Shown piece after piece: positions 9,916-20,881 of a stretch of DNA of 24,131 nucleotides. The stretch comes from Octopus sinensis. Its lineage: Eukaryota. A program made the translations under genes and the position numbers. Location of the stretch: the NCBI RefSeq assembly GCF_006345805.1, contig NW_021836523.1:1-24131 (forward strand), written 5' to 3'. The notes under the pieces were generated by a model. The model did no database searches. It saw only the letters and a list, made by a program, of their open reading frames with translations, and had not been told where the DNA came from. Every line of letters begins with the position of its first letter. Position 1 is the stretch's first letter.

Positions 9916-10429
9916 AGAATGAACTAAGAGAATATATATTTTTCCAAACCATAAAGGCACATGCACAAGGGGTTAGAGACATTTAATGTGTTACTATACT
10001 TGCTCGCGTGCCTGTCCCCTTGTGTGTGTGTGTGTATGTGTGTGTGTGTGTGAGAAAGAAAGAAAGAGAGAGAGAGAGTGAGAGAGAGAGGAAGAGTGAG
10101 AGTGAGTAGAAATATGGAGAGTGAAAAAGACTGATTCATTTAACTCTGGTAGAGATACAGCAAACATAGTATCGCAATATATTTTATGACCAAAGAAACA
10201 GGTGCAATATCACTGGACATGAACCACGCTAAAAGTACAAGATATTATTTAGTTTGCCCGTCAGCCATGTTGTATATTGATCCAATACTTTATTTTATCT
10301 TTTTGCTGCTCTGCGTTTGGTAATATATTAAACAAATTCAACAAACTACCCCCCTCACACGTATATTATATGTGCATGTGCGTGAGTGTCTGCTTGATTA
10401 AGAATTTCTCCATTTAGCATAATTATATG

Positions 10430-10900
<471 letters not shown>

Positions 10901-11358
10901 GGTAGTGTAAACAACACAGACGTAAATCTAAGAAATTTTAATTTAGAAAAATTGATAAAATGATTAAAAAAAATATATGTATAGAAAATATACAATATTA
11001 CCGGTTTCGAGAAGAATTCCATGTTGTCAAATATTGATAGAAATTTGTAATTTGAAGCAAAAGATGTTTTTGTTTATCTTCTGTTTGGTGGTCAGAACAT
11101 GTCAGGAGATTTTTGGTAAATTCTTCTTCAAATATAGTTTGTAAATAATTTGTTAAAGAGAAAGCGAGAGTGTGTAGTTGTCTATTGTCTAAAAAAAATC
11201 TCTTTTAGGTCCTGCAGTGTGGGGTAGCTTAAAAGCATTCAATTGAATGTGTCTTATGTCCAGCTGTATGTAAGTTTGTGTGTGTGTGTATTGTGCTGAA
11301 TATCCTTTCAATATGTTCGGAATGTGACCATATGTGTGTTAAGGGGTGTGTGCATGTT

Positions 11359-11361
<3 letters not shown>

Positions 11362-11436
<75 letters not shown>

Positions 11437-11790
11437 GTTGTGTGTGAGTGTGTGTGTGTGTGTGTGGTTGTGTGTGAGTGTGTGGTTGTGTGTATGTGTG
11501 TGAGTGAGTGAGTATGTGTGTATGTGTGAGTGGTGAGTGTGTATGTGTGAGTGAGTGTGTACGTGTGAGTGAGTATGTGTGTACGTGTGTACGTGTGAGT
11601 GTGTATGTGTTCGTGTATGAGTGTGTGTGCGTGTGAGTGTGTGTGTGTGTGAGTGAGTGAGTGTATATGTGTGAGTGAGTGTGTACGTGTGAGTGAGTAT
11701 GTGTGTACGTGTGTACGTGTGAGTGTGTATGTGTTCGTGTATGAGTGTGTGTGCGTGTGAGTGCGTGTGTGTGTGTGAGTGAGTGTGTGT
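11362..11790. repeat. (TA)n followed by a degenerate (TG)n/(TGAG)n tract containing a 97 bp duplication
   Basis: 11543-11639 is repeated at 11667-11763. Confidence 0.9.
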
Positions 11791-11792
11791 AT

Positions 11793-12100
11793 AGCCGCAG
11801 CCCTGACTGTGTGGTAAGAAGCTTGCTACCCAACAACATGGTTCTGGATTCAATCTCATTGCACTTGTGCAAGTGCCTTCTGCTATAGCCTCAGGCCGAC
11901 CAAAGCCTTTTGAATCGATTTGGTAGACGGGAACTGAAAGAATCCCGCCGTGTATATATATATATATATGGGTGTATCTGTGTGTCTATGTTTGTCCCCT
12001 GCCCATGGCTTAACATCTGGTGTTGATATGATTATGTCCCCGTAATTTATCAGTTCGTCGAAAGTGACCCAGATTTACAAAGAATAAGTCCCGAGGTTGG
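11793..12100 (+). mobile_element. Group A SINE, 3'-truncated with a small internal deletion
   Basis: Head CTGTGTGGTAAGAAGCTTGC...GGTTCTGGATTCAATC, central domain and AAAGAATAAGTCC align with other A copies. Confidence 0.85.
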
Positions 12101-12295
12101 TTTCTATATATATATATCACAGTGTTGTGATGTTTACGATGCCCGGAAAAACTATATTCATTCGGGTTGAAACTTGCTGTGCTGCGCCTTGCAAAATGCA
12201 TCGTGTACCATAGTTGAACAACGTCTTGCAATTGAAGATTGGTACAGGGAAATAAAATCTAAGTCATTTCCCTCTACCAAATCACATACGAGTAG

Positions 12296-12702
12296 TTTAC
12301 TCTTTACTCTTTTACTCTTTTACTCTTTTACTCTTTTACTTGTGCTGGAGTACCGTCTTTTAGTCGAGTAAATCGACCCCAGGACTTATTCTTTGAAAGC
12401 CTAGTACTTATTCTATCAGTCTCTTTATGCTGAACCGCTAAGTTACGGGGACGTAAACACACCATCATCGGTTGTCAAGCAATGGTGGGGGGACAAATAC
12501 AGACACACAAACATATACACACATACATATATATATATACATATATATGACGGGCTTCTTTTAGTTTCCGTCTACCAAATCCACTCACAAGGCTTTGATC
12601 GGCCCGAGGCTATAGTAGAAGACACTCGCCCAAGGTGCCATGCAGTGGGAATGAATCCGGAACCATGTGGTTGGTAAGCAAGCTACTTACCACACAGCCA
12701 CT
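12296..12702 (-). mobile_element. Near full-length group A SINE
   Basis: tRNA-like head at 12702, internal CA/TA tract, (AGTAAAAG)n-type tail; ~22 bp deletion removes the terminal hairpin. Confidence 0.92.
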
Positions 12703-13045
12703 TGGTTGATGCTTGATATCTCCACAATATCTGCAAATATTTTGTAGCTGCTAAGTGTCTGTTAAATTTTACCATAACATCTCTATGAGTGATAGCTTAA
12801 TTCCTCGCTCAATTTAACAGAATCAAATAGTTTTTAGATGCTCATAGTGGAGCCGACTCTAGAGCAATTATTTGGAAAAACAGCTTTGCTCGGTGGATAA
12901 AACACTCTTCCCTATCACAAAATCGGTGTGAAAGGTTGCGTCACCTCCGTCGAAGTCCTAAAAAATAAACGCTTGTAAAGTTCTTGTTTATTATCCGACA
13001 CGTAGTTGAAAAATATTACTATTTACCAGGAAATATTGTACTCAC

Positions 13046-13131
13046 CTGCAGTTATTGTCCATCTAAACAAGCGACATTTATCAAAGAGTTGGAAAATGTG
13101 ATTTACGGAATTTCGAGCGCCATTACTACAT
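13046..13131 (-). CDS. Candidate coding exon of an unidentified gene; alternative acceptors give 17, 86 or 91 nt
   Basis: Strong donor CAG|GTGAGT at 13046/13045; open frame (R)CSNGARNSVNHIFQLFDKCRLFRWTITA; the 17 and 86 nt forms are phase-compatible with 14051-14218; no recognisable homology. Confidence 0.25.
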
Positions 13132-13573
13132 CTAATCTGATGGAAGAAATTGAATTTATTGACCATTTATTAATTTGCTGTATTCGGAGACACGATTTCA
13201 AATAGTATTATAAAAATCATTTAAGATTGACAGTTTAAAAACCGCTTTTAAAAGATTATTTATCTGAATAAACAACTATTCGTTTAACTTTATTTTTTCA
13301 AGTCATAAATTATGAATGATAATCCCGCGAAAACAGTTTATTAACATTGATAATTTTTTTAGATTGTTATGCTCATCTGTAAACTGTATATTTAGATAAC
13401 ATTTCGATTAGTTGTGTCTCACGTAACTCGTAACACGGAACGTATATTTTCATAGGTGAAGTGTAGTGCCGTCCTAATTCACTTAGCTATCTTTGCAATT
13501 TGAAGATATTTGAATTTACTCCTCAATAGTTTCTGATTTAAAGCAGAAAGCCAACCATTTTTGAGAGCAAGCT

Positions 13574-13700
13574 GTTAGTCGATACTATCGACAACAATAC
13601 TAAGATGTTATTTTTTTTCATCGACATCGGAAGAATGAAAGGCAGACTTGACATCAGCAGTATTTAAACTCCGAAAGTTAAGAACCAAGACAAATGACGT
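13574..13700 (-). mobile_element. Degenerate group B SINE core
   Basis: Reverse complement reads GTCAAGTCTGCCTTTCATTCTTCCGATGTCGATG...GTCGATAGTATCGACT. Confidence 0.6.
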
Positions 13701-14050
13701 AAAACCTTTCTCCAACGCTCTAAAGTTTCTGATCGATCGACGCCTTATACTTCTTAAAAATGGCTGCCACATAATGTTCCTGTTAGCGCTGATTTATATT
13801 TTTTTGTGTGACAGCAGTAAGCGGAATACATTTTTTAAAGTTTAATTGCAAGCCTTTTATGTATAATAGAAACATTCAACAACAGTATTTGTTATTTTAT
13901 TTCGTACACAATATTATATTTCTGTATACTTTTTGCAATAATTCTGTCATTAAAGATTCTAGATTTATTTTTCCCCTAAGAAGTGTACGGATCGGTCCAT
14001 TCTTTATTGTAGTAAATTCACAAATCATACAGATATTATTATAATCTTAC

Positions 14051-14218
14051 CTCCCTCCCTTGATATGTTTAAATTTGCAGAAGAATCTACACGGTGTGCG
14101 ACTTCTTTTCAAGATATCTCTGCCGAACGAAAACATTTCATCAACATAATCGATCGAAGTAATTGTCTCGTGATTTGATATTTCATCGATCTTGGGGAAA
14201 TGAAAGAAACAGTCGACC
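14051..14218 (-). CDS. Candidate 168 nt internal coding exon (phase 2-2), product unknown
   Basis: Acceptor CTTTGTTTTAATTTCAAATCATATCAG|G, donor GAG|GTAAGA; single open frame VDCFFHFPKIDEISNHETITSIDYVDEMFSFGRDILKRSRTPCRFFCKFKHIKGG; not recognised. Confidence 0.4.
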
Positions 14219-14485
14219 CTGATATGATTTGAAATTAAAACAAAGAGGATGATATTACCGTTGCGCACAACAAACATCGAACACAATTGAATAGCTAAAA
14301 CAAACAGCAGAGCTGATTTACTTTTCAAATAAAAGAGAAAGCGTTGAAACATCTTTATTGAAAAACTTTGTAATTAACTCGCAAAAATGTCATTGACAAA
14401 AGTGCGCGTGCGAAATAACAAATAAAAGGGGCATTGAATACAAAATGAAAACACATGGCTTGGTGATTATAGCGTTCAGTTAACG

Positions 14486-14711
14486 ATAATAACGATTTCT
14501 AAATTTGGCACAGGCCAGAAATTGAGGCCGGGGTGAAGTCGATTACATTGAACTCAGTTTTCTATTGGTAATTATTTTACTAACCCCGAAAAGTTGACAG
14601 TCAATGGAATAGCTTCGCTGGAATTTGAACACAGAACGTAAAGACGGACGAAATACCTATTTCTATTTCTTTAATACCCACAAGGGGCTAAACACAGCGG
14701 GGACAAACAAG
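14486..14711 (-). mobile_element. Chimeric group B SINE: tail-2 fragment (14658-14711) joined to a headless body with tail 1 (14486-14657)
   Basis: 14658-14711 is the reverse complement of the 18790-18837 tail; 14486-14657 matches the B core and the GGCCTTGTGCCAAAATTT-type tail. Confidence 0.8.
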
Positions 14712-15264
14712 TGGTCCAGTTAAATCAACTGAAAATGAATTCTGCTGTCGCAATCCGAATGTGTTGCTGGGTCAAAGAATGCGAGAATTGAAAGGGTTTC
14801 TACGCCTGCAAATGAATACATAAATGCATAAAAGAAGTATAACAGTTTATCAGAATAAAAATAACGTATCGTGAAGAATTTTAATAGCATTCTAAATGAT
14901 GTTTCAGAGGGGTTTGGTTTAAAAATTTAGAAATCAATTTAAAACAATTTAAACACCGAAGTTCTAATTTGCAAGTGTAAAAATGCCATAAATATTACAG
15001 TTGCAATTTTCGAATTCCTGTTAATTATATCCATATATTACATTAAAATATTATTTGCGGAATCAGAATCCTGATTACCTGACTTTTAAATGAAATATTA
15101 AATTTTATATTTCTTCGTTTAAGCGATTTTACGCTACAGTTGCTCAACAATAGATTTGATCTGCGATCCTGAAGTGGAGAGCAAAATAATTATTTCAGAT
15201 TAAAGGTTTCTGTTGTAATTAAACACATATGTGCTACAATTTTATCACAATTATTTAGTAATCA

Positions 15265-15776
15265 CTAGCAGTATCGCCCGGCGTTGCTCGGGTTTGTAAG
15301 GGAAATAACTATATAAGCATTTTTAGAGAGTTACTTCCCTTATAGATGCCAATTCGAGCTTTCTTAGCCATTTCTGTTTTGGTGTCTTCAAGCCATGAAG
15401 TCGTTGTTCTAAAAGAACGCTGGTCTCCTTGACAACGCTTTACGACGTTGATTTCCTTACACTCCCTTCCCCACAGCTTCACGAGGGAGGGAAGAAGGGG
15501 GAGAAGCAAACAGGTGCAGGTGTGACCATGGACGCCAACTCCACCGCCATCGACACACGAAAAATTATGCATTAAAATGGAATAAAAAATGATGTTAAAT
15601 TATTTTAAAATCGTAGACTCATCGTAGACGCGCGCTAATACTCAGACGGGCTCGATATGAATCACGACTATAAGATACCCGAATTTGGTTAAACTGCACC
15701 GCAAAATGTGGGAGTAGTTAGGAATCTAAATCGAAGGGGACAGACACTCACACAACTACAGTTTTATATATATAGA
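15265..15776 (-). mobile_element. Non-autonomous Helitron (~510 bp)
   Basis: Minus strand starts TCTATATATATAAAA and ends with GC-rich hairpin CCCGAGCAACGCCGGG 8 nt before a terminal CTAG followed by T; no TSD; 5' flank is T rather than the canonical A. Confidence 0.75.
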
Positions 15777-16055
15777 AATAAACGTAGTGATGCTATTACA
15801 AAATCCTTGGCAGGCCTGCTCACACGTTATGTGAATTAAGATAAAATAATAATTTCCAACGTTTTTATACCGCTATAGAGAAACTTCGAAAACGAAGTTG
15901 CCCTGTAGTAGTATAAAGACTGCCAACTTGGTTTCTCCCAACAGCTTATCAGGCATATGGTTTTTAAAATGTGGCTTTCTTCTGCTTTTAATTACGCCAG
16001 GATTTCTATCAGTTCATTGCCTGGTTTTGGAAGAGCAATGAATTTAAAGCCTTAC

Positions 16056-16196
16056 CAAAAGAGACCGATAGAATAAGTACTAGGCTTACAAATAATAAGT
16101 CCTCGGGTCACTTTGCTCGGCTAAAGGCGGTGCTCCAGCATGGCCACAGTCATATGACTGAAACAAGTAAAAGAGTACATCAGTAAAAGAGAGTAA
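16056..16196 (+). mobile_element. 5'-truncated group A SINE (3' end only)
   Basis: GAGACCGATAGAATAAGTACTAGGCTTAC...GGCGGTGCTCCAGCATGGCCACAGTCATATGACTGAAACAAGTAAAAGAG. Confidence 0.9.
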
Positions 16197-16554
16197 CATG
16201 GTAAAATGTCCAGCGTCCGCTTACTCTGAAGTTCTCTATTACAAAACAAACAGAAAGCGTAAAAGGAAACATCTTTTCATCGTGTACAACATGGTAAATG
16301 GTATTTTCTCCAGGGCTTTGTCAAGATCGTTCGCTTGAAGACGCGGACAAGCACACTAAGCATTTAACTTCTATATTAGTTAATACTATGATAAAGTCTT
16401 GGATATTAGTTCTGAATCTGAATGAATATGATAGTAATATAGAAACTAGCAAACATATCTATTTACACAACCATCACTGCTGTGCGCATATATACGGACA
16501 GAGACACTCACTCACACCCAAATATATAAACATATACACACAAATGCACGGATA

Positions 16555-16846
16555 GTGTGGAGGCACATGGCCTAGTGGTTAGAGCAGCGAACTCGCAGGT
16601 TCGAATCTCAGACCGGGCGATGTGTGTGTGTTTATGAGCGAAACACCGAAGCTCCACGCGGCTCAGGCAGAAGGTAATGGCGAACCACTGCTGACTCTTT
16701 CGCCACAACTTTCTCTCATTCTTTCCTCTTGCAGCTCACGTGCGACGGACCGGCGTCCCGCCCAGGTGAGGCACCTATACACCAATGAAACCGGGAAAAG
16801 GTCCTTATGAGCCACAGATGGCTCGAGAAGGAACAAACTAAACTAT
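16555..16846 (+). mobile_element. Group C SINE, tail type 2, with 13 bp TSD
   Basis: A box TGGCCTAGTGG, B box GGTTCGAATC; TSD AAATGCACGGATA at 16542-16554 and 16847-16859. Confidence 0.9.
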
Positions 16847-17391
16847 AAATGCACGGATACTAAAACATACGAATATTTGTACTATTATATGCATATGTAC
16901 ATAGATATACGGGCATACACACTAACATATATGTGTGTATTTGAATACATAAACAAATTTTTATATATACATATATATGTACATATGTGTGGTTTGTGTA
17001 TGTGCACTCACTTTCACCCACATATGCACCTATACACATATAAACATGTGAATGTGAATGTGAGTACGTGCATATCTCTGCATAGTATTCTTTTCATGAG
17101 TGCATATCTATGCATATACACATAAACGCACACACACATACGCATAGACACATAGAAGCAAATACAACGTCGACGACTGCAGTGGCAACGATGTTGATAG
17201 TTAAGACGATGTTGATAAGGATCGTGATGGTGATTACAAGACGAGGTTATTGTTTTTTAAATTTTGTATATCTGTGTTGATACAAAAACAGAAAACGCTG
17301 GGTATAGACATTGTTCCTAATATGCTTTCCAGCTAAGTTATTGATTAAAGCAACTACCAACAGATTTCATAATTGATTTTCCACAAAATCA

Positions 17392-17500
17392 TAATGACGA
17401 CGACGACGATTATGATGGTAATAATAATAATAATGATGATGATGATAATAATAATGATAATAATAATAATAATGATAAAAATAATAACAATAATGATAAA
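17392..17500. repeat. (GAC)n/(ATA)n/(GAT)n trinucleotide tract
   Basis: Directly visible. Confidence 0.9.
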
Positions 17501-17978
17501 CAAAAAGATAAAACACAGACCTTTCCAACAAACAAAGCCTGGCTTCCCTTATAGCAAACAATACACGTTTTTATTCATAATAATGAAACACAGACGAGCT
17601 ATAGAAAACAATTTAAAATCCAAAAATCAAATTAAGAACAAAATTGAAAGAAGGCCGAAACCTATACCAGATTGTCATTTGTAATTGTAACTCAACCAAA
17701 TGTAATGGCAGAGGAAGAAAAATACAAAAGCAAAAAGTGTTCTTTGAATGTAGGCTATTGTTCTTAACTATAAAGGATAATAAATTCCCGAAAGAAGAGA
17801 AGTTGGTGTGTTTCGAGGGAAGATGTGGGTTATCATTTCAATGATAAGAGTATTGTGACGGAAGGGATGAAAAACATCAAGAATAAAGTACGGGTGAACG
17901 AGGATGGCTTGACCAGAGGCATGCTCCTAGGACAATGGATTGAGTGAGACGAAGTAAACAAAATGGTAAAACACAATT

Positions 17979-18092
17979 TAATGGCTTCAAATTTTGACAC
18001 GAAACCAGCAATCTTAGGGTAAAGAGTTAGTCGATTATATCCATCCATATTGCTTAACTGGTATTTACGTTGTCGACCACAAAATATGAGGA
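17979..18092 (-). mobile_element. Degenerate group B SINE 3' half
   Basis: TAATGGCTTCAAATTTTGACAC...AGTCGATTATATC...AACTGGTA...GTCGACC matches the reverse complement of the B tail and core. Confidence 0.6.
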
Positions 18093-18171
18093 TGCTGGAG
18101 AGCATCATAAGAGGCATTACTTACCATAAGTATGGCTACTTCAGTAGATGTAGGCTCATTAAAACGGCATA

Positions 18172-18309
18172 AAACACACACGCACATACACAAACTATGT
18201 TTTATATATATAGATGACCAACATATGTTTCTAATAAAACAGACACACACGCGGGCGCACACACACACAAACTCTGTTTTATATAGAGATGACCAACATG
18301 TGTTTCTAC
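18172..18309. repeat. Tandem duplication, ~70 bp unit x2
   Basis: CACAAACT(A/C)TGTTTTATATA..GATGACCAACAT(A/G)TGTTTCTA occurs twice. Confidence 0.85.
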
Positions 18310-18625
18310 TACAGCAACTACACATTGCTATGTATGCAACTATGCATTCGAGTCGCTGCAATTTCATCAAGGGTCCATCACTTAAGACGTTTTCGAAGTG
18401 AACTAATTCAATTCTGAGGAGAAACATCTCTAGATTAATTAAGCTGTTTGCGTAATTCCTGTTCACTTGTCATGTATTTAATTTCCTCATATGCTGTATA
18501 CACACGTGTGTGTGTATGTATGTGTGTATATGTGTGCATGTGTGTTTATGTATGTGTGTTAGACGTGCATATATGGCAACCAGTGTTAATTTGTTTAGGT
18601 GTCTGTTAATGGTATGGCAAAAATA

Positions 18626-18838
18626 AGGCGGCGAGCTGGCAGAAACGTTAGCACGCCGGGAGAAATGCTTATCGTTATTTCGTCTGCTGCTAAGTTCAAA
18701 TTCCGCCGAGGTCGACTTTGCCTTTCATCCTTTTGGGGTCGATTAAATAAGTACCAGTTACACACTGGGGTCGATATAATCGACTTAATCCGTTTGTCCT
18801 CTCTGTGTTTAGCCCCTTGTGGGTAGTAAAGAAATAGC
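18626..18838 (+). mobile_element. Full-length group B SINE (tail 2) with 13 bp TSD
   Basis: tRNA-like head, B box GTTCAAATTCC 18694-18704, core GGTCGACTTTGCCTTTCATCC; TSD TATGGCAAAAATA at 18613-18625 and 18839-18851. Confidence 0.93.
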
Positions 18839-19030
18839 TATGGCAAAAATACATAAAGTAGCAGATTTTAAGTGCTGTGGTTCATTTGATATACCAAACC
18901 CTTCAAGCTGCTGCCCAGCATTTTTGGAGTTCATTGATGGAAACAAATAAAGAATAAAAACATAAAGAATAAAACAGAAGTTTAGCTTTTGATGTTGTTT
19001 TTGTTTACTGTTAGACTGTTCTTCACCTAG

Positions 19031-19192
19031 CGAATGTGTTCTAGCGCTGAGCATCTTGTCTTAGGCACACGTGTTTGGTACAAGAAACACAACCGTGGTT
19101 ATGGAGACTACGAAGAAATCAACTCTAATGAGTACAACCCTTCTTGCTATCACAATAGATCTGCGCATCAAGATTATCTCAACTCGGGCTGA
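19031..19192 (+). CDS. Candidate terminal coding exon, product unknown
   Basis: Pyrimidine-rich acceptors at 19030 or 19064; frame RMCSSAEHLVLGTRVWYKKHNRGYGDYEEINSNEYNPSCYHNRSAHQDYLNSG* has natural-looking composition; not recognised. Confidence 0.35.
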   Translation, partial: RMCSSAEHLVLGTRVWYKKHNRGYGDYEEINSNEYNPSCYHNRSAHQDYLNSG

Positions 19193-20224
19193 TGGAATAA
19201 TGAAATTCTATTTTAATAACTTCTGCTCTACAAAGCGCTCCATAACAATCATTTCCAAGCAAAGTAACAACTATACGTATGAAAGGGAACCATATTAACA
19301 CGACGTCTTTAACACCCAATATTTCAACGTCCTCCTTGAATAATATCAACTTTTTCAAAGGAACTACAACATTTTGAATATAAGATAGCCTACTGCATAA
19401 ATTTCCAAAGCTAATTCACCATAAAATGCCCCGAAAGGGAGAGTTTACAGTTAAATTTAATAAGAGTACACTTACAAAGAATTATTATCATTATTATTAT
19501 TAAAGCAATAATATTTTATGTCTGTTTTGAAATATAACATTCAAGAAAGTATCTCTTCTGTCAATTGTTTGATAACAACCAATAACGAACAAAACCACAA
19601 TGTGCAAACCAGGGCTACACTTAACAGCAACACTTTAATAATAACTCGAACACTTTGGCTCTCTACTTGAAGAAATATAAAGTTTTAAATTGAACTATAC
19701 TTCAAAATTCTGAATAAAACAAATAATGCCTACTGCATAATTTTCCTAAGCAATTCTCTTCAACAAACGCTATGGATGTGGCACTCACGAGTTTAACTGC
19801 TGCACAACGAATTTATATATATATATATATATATATACTTATAGTTCAACAGCTCTCATTGAATTCTAAATCAATACATTTTCTCTCAAATGTTTCATTT
19901 GCTTATCAGAGCATTCTAACTTCCAATTATATTCAACCTCTGAAAGATAAGAGGCTTTATAGGTGAATATCGAAATTGATTTCTGTAGATGTTACATGTA
20001 CACACGCACACGCACACATGCACGCACACACTCACACACATTATATATATATATATGTATATTTATTTGTAATGTATACACACATCTTTATCTATCATAT
20101 ACATACACACACAAAAACGCACACATATATATGTATATGAACATCAGCATGTTACCAAAAGTTTACCTGTATTCTATTCCGCTGATATTTATACTTAGTG
20201 CTGAAATGCATGTGGTATAATAAG

Positions 20225-20252
20225 AATATATTATTATCATTATTATTTATTG

Positions 20253-20283
<31 letters not shown>

Positions 20284-20310
20284 CATCATCATCGTCATCA
20301 TCAATGTTAT
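20225..20310. repeat. (TTA)n/(TCA)n trinucleotide tract
   Basis: Directly visible. Confidence 0.9.
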
Positions 20311-20324
20311 TACTGTTATGATTG

Positions 20325-20510
20325 AATGCTGCGAGCTCCAAGAATCGCTAACAAGACTGGCATAGTCCTTAGAAGTGTATTGTTTGTCTTTACGTTCTTA
20401 GTTCAAGCCCTGCCGAAGTTGACTTTGGTTCATCATTTCGAGGTCGATAAAATAAGTACCAGTTAAGAATTGGTGTCGATGTAATCGACTTACCCACTGC
20501 TTCCAAATTT
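20325..20510 (+). mobile_element. Diverged group B SINE
   Basis: GAGGTCGATAAAATAAGTACCAGTT and GTCGATGTAATCGACTTACC match the B core. Confidence 0.85.
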
Positions 20511-20663
20511 CTGTAATTTCTGTAATTGAATTTCTGTAATTTTGAATTGTTATCACTTTTCATTTTGAACTCGACAAAACCAGGCTAGCTGTCGAAATAT
20601 CGTACGACTAATAAAATATCCATTGCAATCGCATCGCATCGCGCTTTTCGTATTGTCTATTAC

Positions 20664-20706
<43 letters not shown>

Positions 20707-20707
20707 T

Positions 20708-20808
20708 AAGGCGATGAGGTGGCATAATCATAAGCACGCGGAGCAAAATGCTTAGCAGCAATTAACCCTCCCTCGAAATTTCATGCTTTGTACCTTTAGT
20801 AGGAAGTA
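20708..20808 (+). mobile_element. Group B SINE with the whole core deleted (head fused to tail)
   Basis: AAGGCGATGAGGTGGCATAATC...AAAATGCTTAGC is joined directly to CCCTCCCTCGAAATTTCATGCTTTGTACCT. Confidence 0.6.
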
Positions 20809-20828
20809 TTATTATATTATTATTATTA

Positions 20829-20881
<53 letters not shown>

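Noticed and set aside
11209-11269. Plus-strand exon-like segment with AG acceptor and GTAAGT donor
   Set aside because: All three frames contain stops; a 6 nt sub-exon is possible but indistinguishable from chance
12984-13205. Plus-strand 73 aa ORF
   Set aside because: No recognisable domain and a weak donor; it overlaps the minus-strand candidate that has stronger splice sites, though it is not fully excluded
15079-15168. 90 nt minus-strand exon candidate with a strong acceptor (DRRSNLLLSNCS...)
   Set aside because: Ends in phase 0, incompatible with the 14218 exon; its 3' half is intron-like and AT-rich
17775-17945. 57-codon plus-strand open frame (…KNKVRVNEDG…)
   Set aside because: No good splice sites and no convincing family motif
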